DNA of 21,784 bases from Tubiluchus corallicola (taxonomy: Eukaryota; Animalia; Priapulida), in the NCBI GenBank assembly GCA_030141605.1, contig JAQGDQ010001898.1, positions 1 through 21,784 on the forward strand, in the 5' to 3' direction. The notes beneath the pieces are model-generated. The model was not told where the DNA came from, made no database searches, and was given only the letters and a program-made list of their open reading frames with translations. This document shows positions 21,206-21,784 of the stretch, piece after piece. Position numbers and translations under genes: made by a program. Within the stretch, counting starts at the first letter, position 1, and each line of letters opens with the position of its first letter.

Positions 21206-21776
21206 AATTTTTTATTTGTCATTAAAATGGTTCACTCATTATAATAAAATTGAGTAAGCCTCAGCGTAATGTTAAAATAACAAAACTGTTCAAGACAAAT
21301 GCGTCCAGTGCAGACTAAAAAAACTAAAGTGCAAAACTAAGGCCTAATTATATACAATAAATGAACATATTTACAAACATAATACTAAAATATTTTTACA
21401 AAACAATATTACAAAATACATTAAATTTTACATGACATATTTTACACTATATACACATTTGACATGACACAATTAACAGAAACATGCTTTACATTACATA
21501 AATTTCACTCATTACATTTACACTATTTATACATTTGACATTACAAAACTGACATAACACGTATTACATTACATTTTTTTAAAAATTCTTACATTTTTAA
21601 TCGTTTTATGGAGTCAGGGGCGGGGGTAGATGAAAGTTGAGCCTGTGTAATTAGTATCAGATGCACAATGTGGAAGTTGAAACCCGTTATATTGATAGCA
21701 ATTGATAGCTATGATAGCGAGGATTCATAATTAACTAAAGAAAATTATAAAAAGAAAGAAGAGAAAGAAAAACAGT
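20863..21776 (-). repeat. Fold-back right arm, outer segment
   Basis: Reverse complement of 11770-12686; the match appears to lapse in the last 8 bases of the window. Confidence 0.95.
21137..21198. repeat. (AT)n microsatellite (mirror of 12352-12411)
   Basis: About 31 perfect units. Confidence 0.98.
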
Positions 21777-21784
21777 TAATAGTA

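Noticed and set aside
11770-21776. Simple missed-adapter palindromic read as the whole explanation of the fold-back
   Set aside because: There is a 2.7 kb non-mirrored spacer, transition-rich diverged patches and a 1.1 kb replacement; other assembly errors remain possible.

Overview
AT-rich, repeat-dense eukaryotic DNA, probably from an invertebrate (inferred from composition and repeat types). No complete protein-coding or RNA gene is recognisable, and most listed ORFs are translations of simple or tandem repeats. The left half holds a piggyBac-type MITE (18-476), a 2.4 kb 23-bp minisatellite with a 12-mer higher-order duplication, (AAT)n and (TAGTG)n arrays, a hAT-like remnant and a pogo/Tigger-like MITE (10988-11458). 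The right half is a ~10 kb fold-back: 11770-15211 is mirrored at 17943-21776 around a 2.7 kb spacer of tandem arrays. In the right arm, 664 bp are replaced by a near-identical direct copy of 9570-10773, with 4-bp microhomologies at both junctions. Inside that copy, 20333-20386 closely matches the donor sequence with every G and T removed, which points to a sequencing artefact, so the fold-back needs read-level validation. I see no convincing new gene system; the interest lies in the repeat and rearrangement architecture. Identity values are by-eye estimates.
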